Source: Acidobacteriota bacterium (lineage in GTDB: Bacteria > Acidobacteriota > UBA6911 > RPQK01 > JAJDTT01). Taken from it: 64,000 nucleotides of DNA. Location of the stretch: positions 3,200,001-3,264,000 of the forward strand of contig OZ242374.1 in NCBI GenBank assembly GCA_965209055.1, read 5' to 3'. A model generated the notes under the pieces. It was not told the DNA's origin, searched no databases, and saw only the letters and a program-made list of their open reading frames with translations. A program made the position numbers and the translations under genes. Below are positions 10,423 through 19,729 of this stretch, piece by piece (position 1 is the first letter of the stretch; each line of letters opens with the position of its first letter).

Positions 10423-10737
10423 ATGGCAAGAAAGCAGCGGCGGTACCCGCCGGAGTTCCGCCAGGAGATCGTGGCGCTGGTGCGCTCGGGGCGATCGCCC
10501 GAGGCGCTGGCGCGGGAGTTCGAGCCCTCGGCGTCGGCGATCCGCAAGTGGGTCAAGCAGGCCGATCTGGACGAGGGGCACCGTAACGACGGGTTGACGA
10601 CGTTCGAGCGCCAGGAGTTGCGCCAGGCGCGGCGCGAGATCAAGCGGCTGCGGATGGAGCGGGACATCTTAAAAAAAGCCGCGGCTTGGTTCGCCCGGGA
10701 GAGCGACTCGATCCCCGAAAAGGATTCAAATTCGTGA
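10423..10737 (+). CDS. IS3 transposase OrfA
   Basis: RYPPEFRQEIVALVRSGRS..LAREF...ERDILKKAAAWFA; A7G run at 10671-10678 is a candidate -1 frameshift site. Confidence 0.92.
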   Translation: MARKQRRYPPEFRQEIVALVRSGRSPEALAREFEPSASAIRKWVKQADLDEGHRNDGLTTFERQELRQARREIKRLRMERDILKKAAAWFARESDSIPEKDSNS

Positions 10738-11603
10738 AGGCGTACCGAGCCCGGTTTCCGATCCGGGTGATGTGCCGCGTTCTGGGTCTCTCCCCCAGCG
10801 GGTACTACGCTTGGCTGAAGCGGCCCCCTTCGAAGCGGGCTCGCCGGGACCAGACGCTTCGGGAAACGATCGTGTGGATCTGGAACCAGAACCGGAGAGT
10901 GTACGGTCGGCCTCGTCTGCATGCCGAGCTGAGAGCTCGAGGGGAACGGACGAGCCCGAAGCGCGTAGGTCGATTGATGAAGGAAGCCGGGATCCAGGGG
11001 GCGAGCCGGAGGCGCCGCAAGGCCGGGCTCACCCGGAGGGACCGGAAGGCGCGCCCGGCACCGGACCTGGTGAACCGGAACTTCGCGGTTGAGGGACCGG
11101 ATCAACTCTGGGTCGCGGACCTCACCTATGTCCGCACAAAGGCGGGCTGGTTGTACGTGGCCGTGGTTCTGGACGCTTGGAGCCGCCGGATCGTGGGGTG
11201 GGCAATGGCGACCCATCTGCGATCCGAACTGGTGGAGAAGGCGCTCGCCATGGCGGTGATCCAGCGCCAGCCCAAGCAGGTGATCCACCACTCGGACCAG
11301 GGAACGCAGTACACCTCGGCTGCCTTCGGCAAACGATGCCGGGAGGCGGGAGTGCGGCCGTCGATGGGCTCCGTCGGGGACGCCTACGACAACGCGATGT
11401 GCGAGAGCTTCTTCGCGACGCTGGAGTGCGAGTTGCTGGATCGTCACCGGTTCCGGAACCCGAGCGAGGCAAGGCGGGCCGTGTTCGACTTTATTGAGGG
11501 ATTCTACAACCGGCGGCGCCGGCACTCGGCGCTGGGCTACGAGTCACCGGTCCACTACGAGCAGCAGGCGGCGGCGGACCAACGCCGTCTTCGAGCTGCC
11601 TGA
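10686..11603 (+). CDS. IS3 transposase OrfB (DDE/integrase core), in the -1 frame relative to OrfA
   Basis: WVADLTY, HHSDQGTQY, DNAMCESFF, YN.RRRHSALGY.SP. Confidence 0.93.
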   Translation: MVRPGERLDPRKGFKFVKAYRARFPIRVMCRVLGLSPSGYYAWLKRPPSKRARRDQTLRETIVWIWNQNRRVYGRPRLHAELRARGERTSPKRVGRLMKEAGIQGASRRRRKAGLTRRDRKARPAPDLVNRNFAVEGPDQLWVADLTYVRTKAGWLYVAVVLDAWSRRIVGWAMATHLRSELVEKALAMAVIQRQPKQVIHHSDQGTQYTSAAFGKRCREAGVRPSMGSVGDAYDNAMCESFFATLECELLDRHRFRNPSEARRAVFDFIEGFYNRRRRHSALGYESPVHYEQQAAADQRRLRAA

Positions 11604-12005
11604 GAACGACGCCGGCACGGCCACCGTCGCACCCAGCGTCGCGCGCGACACGATTGAAGGGGGCAGGGGGGCGCTGCCCCCCTGAGACCCCCGGATGCAA
11701 AGAGACATAAAAAACTCTTAAATCCCTGGGAAGAGAGACCGAGGCCCCCTCGTTAAGCGGTATCCCATTGTGGAAAATCAGAGATTTCCCACAACGTGAG
11801 CCCTTTTGCTGACCCGTCCATAGGTCGCCCCTCACACGAAAGAAAGAGCGCTCTGTCCGTTGTCAATGGCCAAAACCCTGACATCCTCGATGGCCATTGA
11901 CCGTCGTCGGGGGGAAGTCTTGCTCCCCACCGACAGAAGGAGTATTAAACCTAAGGACAACGTAGACCGCACCAATAAACCGTCCACGAAAACGGGACAC
12001 CCTCA

Positions 12006-12899
12006 AAACGGCACACGCGGCTCGGCAGCCGGATCGCCGAGGTCCACAACGGCAGCTCGCTCTTCACCGGAAACGCCGGCCAGGGTGAGAGCAACATCCG
12101 TCGCTGGATCATCGAGAACGACTGGTTGGAGGCGATCGTCGCCCTGCCTCTCAACATGTTCTACAACACCGGCATCGCCACCTTTGTCTGGGTGCTCACG
12201 AACCGGAAACCGGATCACCGGAAAGGCAAGGTTCAGTTGATCGACGCGACGAAGAGATACCAGCCATTGCGGAAGAATCTGGGGAAGAAGAACTGCGAGC
12301 TCGGGGAGAGGGACATTGCCTGGATCTGCGAGACGTTCCTCGAGTTCAAGGAGAACGAGCGGAGCAAAATCTTCGACAATGCCGCCTTCGGCTACTGGAA
12401 AGTGACAGTGGAAAGGCCGCTGCGAATCGAAGGTATTGACACCAACCGTTCGTACAAGGCTGCGGAGATTCGGAAACTGAAAGCAAGCGGCGATCGCAGC
12501 GAAATGGCACCGCCCGTCATCAAAAAGATCCAAAAGCGGGGCACAAAGGCCGACCCGCTACACGGTCTATTCGCTACCCCCGTCAACGGGAAATCTGCCG
12601 TAGTGGAGTACGAACCGGACACCGATCTGCGCGACGACGAGCAGATCCCGTTGCTGGAGGAGGGAGGTATTGACGGGTTTATGAGTCGTGAGGTCCTCCC
12701 GTATAACGCAGATGCGTGGTATCAGCCGAAGAAAGTGAAGATCGGCTACGAGATCAGTTTCAATCGCTACTTCTACAAGCCGGAGCCGATGCGGTCCCTG
12801 GGAGAGATTCGGGCCGATATTCTAAGGTTGGAGAAAGAGACTGAAGGATGGCTGGCGCAGATACTGGGTGCCAGCGAACAACCGGAGTCGAGATCATGA
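12006..12899 (+). pseudogene. hsdM: 5'-truncated type I RM methyltransferase (HsdM C-terminal part)
   Basis: Reads RLGSRIAEVHNGSSLFTGNAGQGESNIRRWIIENDWLEAIVALPLNMFYNTGIAT...KIGYEISFNRYFY from the IS3 edge; no NPPY or SAM-binding region upstream. Confidence 0.85.
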
Positions 12900-13108
12900 C
12901 CGAGATCATCTTTGAAGTCACCGAGGACGAGGTGGATGGCGGGTATTCGGCCAGCGCATTGGGCTACGGCATACACAGCCAGGGCGACTCGCTCGAAGAA
13001 GTCCGCCGCAACGTCAAGGAATCAGTGGACTGCTACTTCGACGACACCATGCCGAGACCGAAGCTGATTCGCCTTCACTTCGTGCGAGACGAGTTCCTCG
13101 TGGCATAA
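12896..13108 (+). CDS. HicB-like antitoxin
   Basis: EIIFEVTEDEVDGGYSASALG..I.SQGDSLEEVR.NVKE.V.C.F pattern; followed by a hicA-like gene. Confidence 0.75.
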   Translation: MTEIIFEVTEDEVDGGYSASALGYGIHSQGDSLEEVRRNVKESVDCYFDDTMPRPKLIRLHFVRDEFLVA

Positions 13109-13348
13109 AATTGCCCCGCAATGTGAGCGGAGCAAAACTCCAGGCAGCGCTTCGGCGTCTGGGATACGAAAGAGTGCGCCAGCGAGGCTCGAACTTGCGC
13201 ATAACGACGCAAGTCAACGGTGAATACCATGAAGTGATCCCCCTGCACAATCCGATCAAGGTGAGAACAATGTCGAGCATTCTAAAGAGCCATAGCCCGG
13301 CATTACGAAATGAGCGTCGAGGAGCTTTTGTATGAACTCGACTTGTGA
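13105..13348 (+). pseudogene. hicA: Inactivated HicA toxin
   Basis: Expected overlapping ATG reads ATA (gcATAaaattgccc); catalytic GSH reads GSN; +1 frameshift near 13290 before IARHYEMSVEELLYELDL*. Confidence 0.72.
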
Positions 13349-14789
13349 AGCCGAGACCCGATCGTCGCGCCAACTCGCGCCGTATCCGGTCTACAAGGAT
13401 TCTGGTGAGGAGTGGTTGGGAAGCGTGCCGGAGCATTGGGAGATTCTGCCCAACCGTGCGGTCTATGAAGAGGTGATAGAGCGGGATCATCCAGAGGAAA
13501 TGATGCTCTCCGTTACGATCAAGAGGGGGGTGATCCAACAACGGACTCTACTTGCAGACGGTAATAAGAAGGACAGTTCGAATCTGGACAAGTCTACCTA
13601 CAAGTTCGTCCGACCCGGTGACCTTGTGTACAACAAGATGCGAGCTTGGCAAGGCGCAATCGGGGTATCGTCTCACCAAGGCATCGTAAGTCCAGCGTAT
13701 ATAGTCGAGTGTCCACGCGATGACATTCACTCTGGATATATTCACTATTTACTCCGAACCCCTTCGTTCGCGGCAGAGGCCGAGCGGTGGTCTTATGGGA
13801 TAACTTCTGACATGTGGAGCCTGCGCCCGGAGCACTTCAAGATGATATATGGGTGCGTTCCTCCCGTAGACGAGCAAGCCGCCATCGTCCGCTTTCTCGA
13901 CCATGTCGATCGGCCCATCCGGCGCTATATCCGTGCCAAGGAGAGGCTGATCGAGCTTCTGGAGGAGCAGAAGCAGGCCATCATTCACCGGGCCGTGACG
14001 GGCCAAATCGATGTCCGAACGGGCCAGCGCTACCCAGCCTACAAGGACTCCAGCGTGGAGAGGCTGGGGAAGGTTCCAGCGCATTGGGATATACAACGGC
14101 TGTGCCAATGCGCGTCGATTGTTGGTGGAATGACGCCTAGCATGGAGAACCAAGCATACTGGAATGGTTCAATACCTTGGGTAACACCCAAGGACATGAA
14201 GCTGAATGCCGTTGGCAGTTCCGCTATCAAGGTGACGCTGGATGCTCTGAAGGAGACTTCTCTGCGTCTCATCAATACAGGGGCGGTGTTGATCGTCGTC
14301 CGGGGCATGATCTTGGCTAGGACCGTTCCCATCGCTTGGACCTCATGTCCAGTGACAGTTAATCAAGACATGAAGGCGTTGCGACCATTTTCAGGAATCA
14401 ATGCAAAATATCTGGCGCGCGCTTTGGCTTCAGCACAAGATAGTCTATTGTCTTTCGTAGATGTAGCTGGTCACGGCACTCGCCGTCTTCCCACGGACCG
14501 CTGGCGCGCGCTCCCCTTGGCCATTCCGGCGACCGATGAACAAGTGGCAATTGTGTCCTACTTGGATCGTATTGGCGCCAAGTGTGAGATTTGGAAGAAC
14601 TCAACCAAGCGCGAAATTGAACTCCTTCGCGAATACCGCATCCGCCTGATTTCCGATGTCGTCACCGGCAAGCTGGATGTGCGAGACGCGGCGGTAGCAA
14701 TGCCGGACGATTTCGGCGCGCCGACAAACCCGACGGAGGCGATAGAGATCGAAAAAGTTACTGAGAGGCGGGCGGAGATGGCTCTATGA
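13332..14789 (+). CDS. hsdS: Type I restriction-modification specificity subunit HsdS
   Basis: Two repeats (PYP.YKDSG.EWLG.VP.HW; PP.DEQ.AIV.FLD) and the tail EYR.RLISDVVTGKLDV. Confidence 0.92.
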   Translation: MNSTCEAETRSSRQLAPYPVYKDSGEEWLGSVPEHWEILPNRAVYEEVIERDHPEEMMLSVTIKRGVIQQRTLLADGNKKDSSNLDKSTYKFVRPGDLVYNKMRAWQGAIGVSSHQGIVSPAYIVECPRDDIHSGYIHYLLRTPSFAAEAERWSYGITSDMWSLRPEHFKMIYGCVPPVDEQAAIVRFLDHVDRPIRRYIRAKERLIELLEEQKQAIIHRAVTGQIDVRTGQRYPAYKDSSVERLGKVPAHWDIQRLCQCASIVGGMTPSMENQAYWNGSIPWVTPKDMKLNAVGSSAIKVTLDALKETSLRLINTGAVLIVVRGMILARTVPIAWTSCPVTVNQDMKALRPFSGINAKYLARALASAQDSLLSFVDVAGHGTRRLPTDRWRALPLAIPATDEQVAIVSYLDRIGAKCEIWKNSTKREIELLREYRIRLISDVVTGKLDVRDAAVAMPDDFGAPTNPTEAIEIEKVTERRAEMAL

Positions 14790-15045
14790 CCCGATGGAAG
14801 ACCTGTGTTCTGCCGTCGAACGCGACCGGGAGCAGGTCAGCACTGCGTGGGTGTTTTGTGGGACTCGAGCGCCCGTTTCCGCGCTGTTCGAAATCCTCAG
14901 GGACGGCGCCACAATTGAACGGTTTCTGGAGTGGTTCCCGGGCGTTGAACGCGACCAGGATGAAAGTATTCTGGACCAAGAGAACGAGGGCTTGAAGGAC
15001 ACCGGCGACTCATTGACAAAATTCGGGCAACGCGCGGCTACTTGA
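14786..15045 (+). pseudogene. DUF433 family antitoxin-like gene, probably frameshifted near its start
   Basis: SAVERD..VS.AWVF.GTR.PVSALFE.L.DGATI..FLEWFPGV; the coupled ATG at 14786 is 2 nt out of frame. Confidence 0.65.
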
Positions 15046-15156
15046 TCAGATGGCACCAAGCAAGCGCTGCTCGATTCGTCAAGGTTCAATGAGACTATTA
15101 TATTCAACTAGTCGCAAAGATCCAGTTTACTTGACGGGTACTTGACAGGATGCCTG

Positions 15157-18100
15157 ATGGGGACTGATACTACCGAACGCGGCCTTGAACGCCTGATCTG
15201 TAGGGCTCTGACCGGCGATCCCTGCGACCCTCCTGCCGATTGCACGATCGGTGAACCGCCCGCCGGCTACGGTGGCGTCGGCTGGTCTTGCGGCAACCAT
15301 CGCGACTATAACCGTGAGTACTGCGTCGACTTGGTCCAACTCCGCGCCTTCCTGAACACCACCCAACCCGAAACCGCCTCGGCCCTGCGACTGACCGAAG
15401 ACGGCCCCGCACGCCGCAGGTTCCTTGCCCGGTTGCAGGGCGAGATCTCCAAACGCGGCACCATCGACGTCCTCCGAAACGGCATCCGGCACGGTCCCCA
15501 CGAACTCGACCTGTTCTACGGAACTCCCTCGCCCGAGAACGATCAGGCCAAGCAGCGCTTCCGGCAGAATCGCTTCACCGTCACCCGTCAGCTCCGCTAC
15601 AGCCGCCACGGCACCCAGCAAGCACTCGACCTCGGACTCTTCATCAACGGCCTGCCCGTCTTCACCTTCGAACTCAAGAACCGCCTCACCAAGCAGACGG
15701 TGAGCGACGCCATGGAGCAGTACCGGAAGGACCGCAACCCGCGCGAGAAGCTCTTCGAATTCGGCCGTTGCGTGGCTCATTTCGCGGTGGACGAGAACGA
15801 GGTCCATTTCTGCACCCATCTCAAGGGAAAGGCCTCCTGGTTCCTGCCCTTCAACCGGGGTTGGAACGACGGTGCGGGCAACCCGCCCAACCCCAACGGC
15901 CTGCGGTCGGACTACCTGTGGCGCCGGGTGCTGACCCGCCGGAGCCTGACCAACATCCTTGAAAACTACGCTCAGGTCGTGGAATCGAAGGACGCCAGGA
16001 CGGGGAGGAAGCGGCGGGTCCAGATCTGGCCGCGCTACCACCAGATCGACGCGGTGCGCGAGCTCCTGGCCGACGCGGGAGCCCGCGGGGCGGGGAAGCG
16101 TTACCTGGTCCAGCACTCGGCGGGCAGCGGCAAGAGCTTTTCGATCGCTTGGCTGGCCCACCAACTGATCCGGCTGGAAAAGGACGATGCTCCGGTCTTC
16201 GACTCCATCATCGTCGTCACCGACCGCCGCATCCTCGACCGGCAGATCCGGGACACGATCAGGAAATACGCCCAGGTGCGCTCGACGGTGGGGCACGCCG
16301 AGCGTTCCGGCGACCTGCGGCGGTTCATCGAGTCCGGCAAGAAGATCATCATCTCGACGATCCAGAAGTTCCCCTTCATTCTCGATGAGATCGGCAACGA
16401 ACATCGCGGGAGCCGCTTTGCCATCATCATCGACGAGGCCCACTCCAGCCAGGGCGGCCGCACCGCCGCAGCAATGACCAGGGCGCTGGGCAAGGCGGGA
16501 GAAGCCGGGGACGAGGAGACCTACGAGGATCGGATCAACCGCGAGATGGAATCGCGCAAGATCCTCCCCAACGCCAGCTACTTCGCCTTCACCGCCACGC
16601 CCAAGAACAAGACGCTGGAGATCTTCGGCGACGCGGACCCGCAGAGCGACGGTACGGTTCGGCATCACGCCTTTCACACCTACAGCATGAAGCAGGCGAT
16701 CCAGGAGGGTTTCATCCTGGACGTGCTGCGCCACTACACGCCGGTCAAGAGCTACTACAAGCTCGCCAAGACGGTGGAGGACGATCCCGAGTTCGACGTC
16801 AAGAAGGCCCGCAGGAAGCTGCGGCGCTACGTCGAGAGTCACGGCCACGCGATCCGCCTCAAGTCGGAGATCATGGTGGACCACTTCCACACCCAGGTCC
16901 TGTCCCAGGGCAAGATCGGCGGCAGAGCCCGGGCGATGGTCGTCACCAACGGGATCGAACGGGCGATCCAGTACTTCCATGCCATCCGCGACTACCTGAA
17001 GGAACGAAAGAGCCGCTACCGGGCCATCGTGGCCTTCTCGGGGGAGCATGAGTACGGCGGGGCGAAGCTGAGCGAGCCCAAGCTGAACGGCTTTCCGTCG
17101 AACAAGATTGCCGAGAGGTTCCAGGAGGACCCGTACCGCTATCTGGTCTGCGCGGACAAGTTCCAGACCGGCTACGACGAACCTCTGCTGCACACGATGT
17201 ACGTGGACAAGACGCTCTCCGGCATCAAGGCGGTCCAGACCCTCTCCCGGCTCAACCGGGCGCACCCCAAGAAGCACGATGTGTTCGTGCTGGATTTCCT
17301 GAACGAGTCGGACACCATCCGCGACGCCTTCGCCGACTACTATCGAGGGACGATCCTGTCCGAAGAAACCGATCCCAACAAGCTGCACGACCTCCAGGCC
17401 GACCTGGACGGCGCCCAGGTCTATTCATCCGAGCAGGTCAAGGACTTCGTGTCGCGCTACCTGGCCGGCGAGGACCGCGAGAAGCTCGATCCCATCCTGG
17501 AGGCTTGCGTGGAGCTGTACCTGCAGGACCTGGACGAAGACGGGCAGGTTCAGTTCAAGCGCCAGGCCAAGGGATTCCTGAGAACCTACGCCTTCCTCTC
17601 TTCGATCCTGCCGTACAACAACGCCAGGTGGGAAGATCGCTCGATCTTCCTGAACTTCCTGGTCTCGAAGTTACCGTCCCCGCGTGAGGAGGATATGTCC
17701 AAGGGCATCCTCGACGCCATCGACATGGACAGCTACCGGGTCGAGAAGAACGCGATGCAGAAGATCCTGCTGCCGGATGAGGACGCCGAGATCGGCCCCA
17801 GTTCGGACTCCGGTTTCGGCGGCCGCGCCGAGCCCGAGCTGGACCTCCTGTCCAACATCATCAAGGTTTTCAACGATCTCTTCGGCAACATTCCCTGGGA
17901 GGACGGAGACCGGGTGCTCCAACTCATCACGGAAACGATTCCGTCGCGAGTCGCGCGGGACACCGCTTTCAGAAACGCTCAGAAGAACTCGGACCGGGAG
18001 AACGCCCGTATCGAGCACGACAAGGCTCTCCAACGAGTCATGATGGCGGTGATGAAGGACGACACCCAACTGTTCGGGAAGTTCATGGACGATCCGGATT

Positions 18101-18189
18101 TCAAGCTGTGGATGAGCAATCTGTCGTTCCGGATGACGTACAAGCCGACGGGACCGCCGCAAACCCAGATTGTTCAGGGAACAAGTTGA
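15157..18189 (+). CDS. hsdR: Type I restriction endonuclease subunit HsdR
   Basis: DLGLFINGLP...ELKN nuclease motif; QHSAGSGKS Walker A; DEAH; FTATPK; KFQTGYDEP; QTLSRLNR. Confidence 0.95.
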   Translation: MGTDTTERGLERLICRALTGDPCDPPADCTIGEPPAGYGGVGWSCGNHRDYNREYCVDLVQLRAFLNTTQPETASALRLTEDGPARRRFLARLQGEISKRGTIDVLRNGIRHGPHELDLFYGTPSPENDQAKQRFRQNRFTVTRQLRYSRHGTQQALDLGLFINGLPVFTFELKNRLTKQTVSDAMEQYRKDRNPREKLFEFGRCVAHFAVDENEVHFCTHLKGKASWFLPFNRGWNDGAGNPPNPNGLRSDYLWRRVLTRRSLTNILENYAQVVESKDARTGRKRRVQIWPRYHQIDAVRELLADAGARGAGKRYLVQHSAGSGKSFSIAWLAHQLIRLEKDDAPVFDSIIVVTDRRILDRQIRDTIRKYAQVRSTVGHAERSGDLRRFIESGKKIIISTIQKFPFILDEIGNEHRGSRFAIIIDEAHSSQGGRTAAAMTRALGKAGEAGDEETYEDRINREMESRKILPNASYFAFTATPKNKTLEIFGDADPQSDGTVRHHAFHTYSMKQAIQEGFILDVLRHYTPVKSYYKLAKTVEDDPEFDVKKARRKLRRYVESHGHAIRLKSEIMVDHFHTQVLSQGKIGGRARAMVVTNGIERAIQYFHAIRDYLKERKSRYRAIVAFSGEHEYGGAKLSEPKLNGFPSNKIAERFQEDPYRYLVCADKFQTGYDEPLLHTMYVDKTLSGIKAVQTLSRLNRAHPKKHDVFVLDFLNESDTIRDAFADYYRGTILSEETDPNKLHDLQADLDGAQVYSSEQVKDFVSRYLAGEDREKLDPILEACVELYLQDLDEDGQVQFKRQAKGFLRTYAFLSSILPYNNARWEDRSIFLNFLVSKLPSPREEDMSKGILDAIDMDSYRVEKNAMQKILLPDEDAEIGPSSDSGFGGRAEPELDLLSNIIKVFNDLFGNIPWEDGDRVLQLITETIPSRVARDTAFRNAQKNSDRENARIEHDKALQRVMMAVMKDDTQLFGKFMDDPDFKLWMSNLSFRMTYKPTGPPQTQIVQGTS

Positions 18190-18293
18190 CAAGGGCTTCC
18201 AGCCCGGCGTTTTCGTGCCGTCGCATCCCCGTGATTTGCTCGGCTCCCTCCTGCACAACCATGGGGTGCCGCTCTGCAATTGACGCCATTCGC

Positions 18294-18539
18294 TCAGTTG
18301 GACACGCGCCGCAAGACCAGGGCGTCAACCAACTTCGCGTCGTCAGGCGCCCTTCTGATCAGGCCATCGGGGTCCCCGTGCGCTCCCTCCCAGGGATGCT
18401 TGCCGGTGTTCAGGCTTATCTTCACGACACGGAGTTGCCCCGGCGACAGGTCGTCGTAGCCTTCTTCATAGCCGTTCACGACCACGCGCAGGTCCGGCGG
18501 GTAGGTCTGCAGCAATTTCATTAGTTCCTGTGCGGTCAC
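18294..18539 (-). CDS. Small hypothetical protein (phage-like MT.QEL..LL..YPPD..V pattern)
   Basis: 81-aa ORF downstream of the DUF2442/DUF4160 pair. Confidence 0.6.
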   Translation of the reverse strand: MTAQELMKLLQTYPPDLRVVVNGYEEGYDDLSPGQLRVVKISLNTGKHPWEGAHGDPDGLIRRAPDDAKLVDALVLRRVSN

Positions 18540-18587
18540 GACAACTTCCCCATTTGGGATCGCTCAATCGCAGCATTCGGCGGCCCG

Positions 18588-18848
18588 TCACTGCAAGGGT
18601 TCGATCCTGCCGGGCGACTCCATGCGCTTCACTCGCCCCCACGCCTCCCGAAGTTCGTCATGATGCATCGAGGCCCATTCCATAACCAAGCGCCTGGCTC
18701 GAACGGGAAGGCTTCCGCTGACCACAGCCATACCGTCAATCGCAATTAGAGCTTCATTCTCGTTGTACTCTGCATGGAAATGCGGCGGCGCATGGTCCAT
18801 GAAGTACATGCGTATCACTATGCCGTAGAACCGGCAAATCTCAGGCAT
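18588..18848 (-). CDS. DUF4160 domain protein (HicA-like toxin)
   Basis: MPEICRFYGIVIRMYFMDHAPPHFHAEY...EWA..H.DEL...W...IEPL. Confidence 0.88.
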   Translation of the reverse strand: MPEICRFYGIVIRMYFMDHAPPHFHAEYNENEALIAIDGMAVVSGSLPVRARRLVMEWASMHHDELREAWGRVKRMESPGRIEPLQ

Positions 18849-19125
18849 CCCGTGCTGCGACCTCAACATCAAGGGGTATCTGCTCGAATGTCTTGCCGGT
18901 CAACTGCATGTAGAGCGCGTCGGGGCAGAGCTCGATGTCGGCGTCCCAGGCAATCGCTCTGTGCGGTGCAACCCGCACTCGCTGGAATCGGCCAGGCTCA
19001 TCCCACGCGGCGAAGACGCCACGTCCCGCCAGATGCGACAGATCGATTTCTCCGCATGAACCATCGGAATATCTGAGCCAAATCCGGTATCCCTCTCGGG
19101 CCTCAACTTCAATTGGTCGAATCAT
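18841..19125 (-). CDS. DUF2442 domain protein (antitoxin-like)
   Basis: V....GY.IWL.YSDG..GEIDL...G.GVF...F..V....AI.W...ELCPDALY. Confidence 0.85.
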   Translation of the reverse strand: MIRPIEVEAREGYRIWLRYSDGSCGEIDLSHLAGRGVFAAWDEPGRFQRVRVAPHRAIAWDADIELCPDALYMQLTGKTFEQIPLDVEVAARDA

Positions 19126-19729
19126 CGTTCTCCCTCGGATTCACTCCCGAACCCCAGCAGTGTCGGGTTCTCTTGGATGGCCACGTCAAGCCTGTGGGCC
19201 TTGGCCTGTTGCTTCCGCCATTGGTTTGTCTGCCTGTCATCCTGCTTGCTGTCTTTATTCTCCCTTCGCCCGAGACGATTTCCCCGAACCGGGCCACAGC
19301 AAAAATACGACATGCGGTGCGCCGGTGCACACCTCGTTGGGATAGGTTGCAATCTTACCGAGATTGTCGGCCCGCACTTGTCCGATTGGCGCGAGAGCCG
19401 GTAGGGGGATTCCGATTGGACAGGAAGACGTCAGGGGCGCGTTGTTGATGGTCGTTCCGACGGAGTTCCGTCACCGGCAGTTCCGACTCGGCGATGAGGC
19501 GGGGCAAGCGAGTTCGGTTCGGCAAGTCCGACCCCGCTGACACATGGAGGTGATAATCTCCCTCTCCGGAACGGTCGGGAATAGGGGAGGCAACAGGATC
19601 GGCGGGCCGTAGACGATCGAGGCTGATCCTGCTCCTGGTTTCGCCTCTCAGAGGGACGCCGGTCCTTCGTCCACTCCGGTGATTCGGTTTCCGGACAGGG
19701 CCCGCCAAGTGATTTCTTGAGATCGGACA

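Larger units (their letters stand above)
10363..12005 (+). mobile_element. Complete IS3-family insertion sequence (1643 bp) with 4-bp target duplication AAAC
   Basis: IRL TGGAGTTGACCCGCTTTCGTGGAC versus IRR reverse complement TGAGGGTGTCCCGTTTTCGTGGAC; AAAC at 10359-10362 and 12006-12009. Confidence 0.92.

Noticed and set aside
171-14789. hsdS shufflon between the two oppositely oriented hsdS sequences
   Set aside because: Their conserved tails differ (LRDALLPKLISGEIRV versus EYRIRLISDVVTGKLDV); no shared inverted repeats or invertase were seen.
15127-17388. 753-aa antisense ORF to hsdR and similar long antisense ORFs (33400-35442, 59085-60992)
   Set aside because: These are mirror frames expected from high-GC codon bias, with no recognisable motifs.
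19390-19720. tmRNA, RNase P or group II intron
   Set aside because: It lacks the diagnostic ends and motifs, and is kept only as an unclassified structured candidate.
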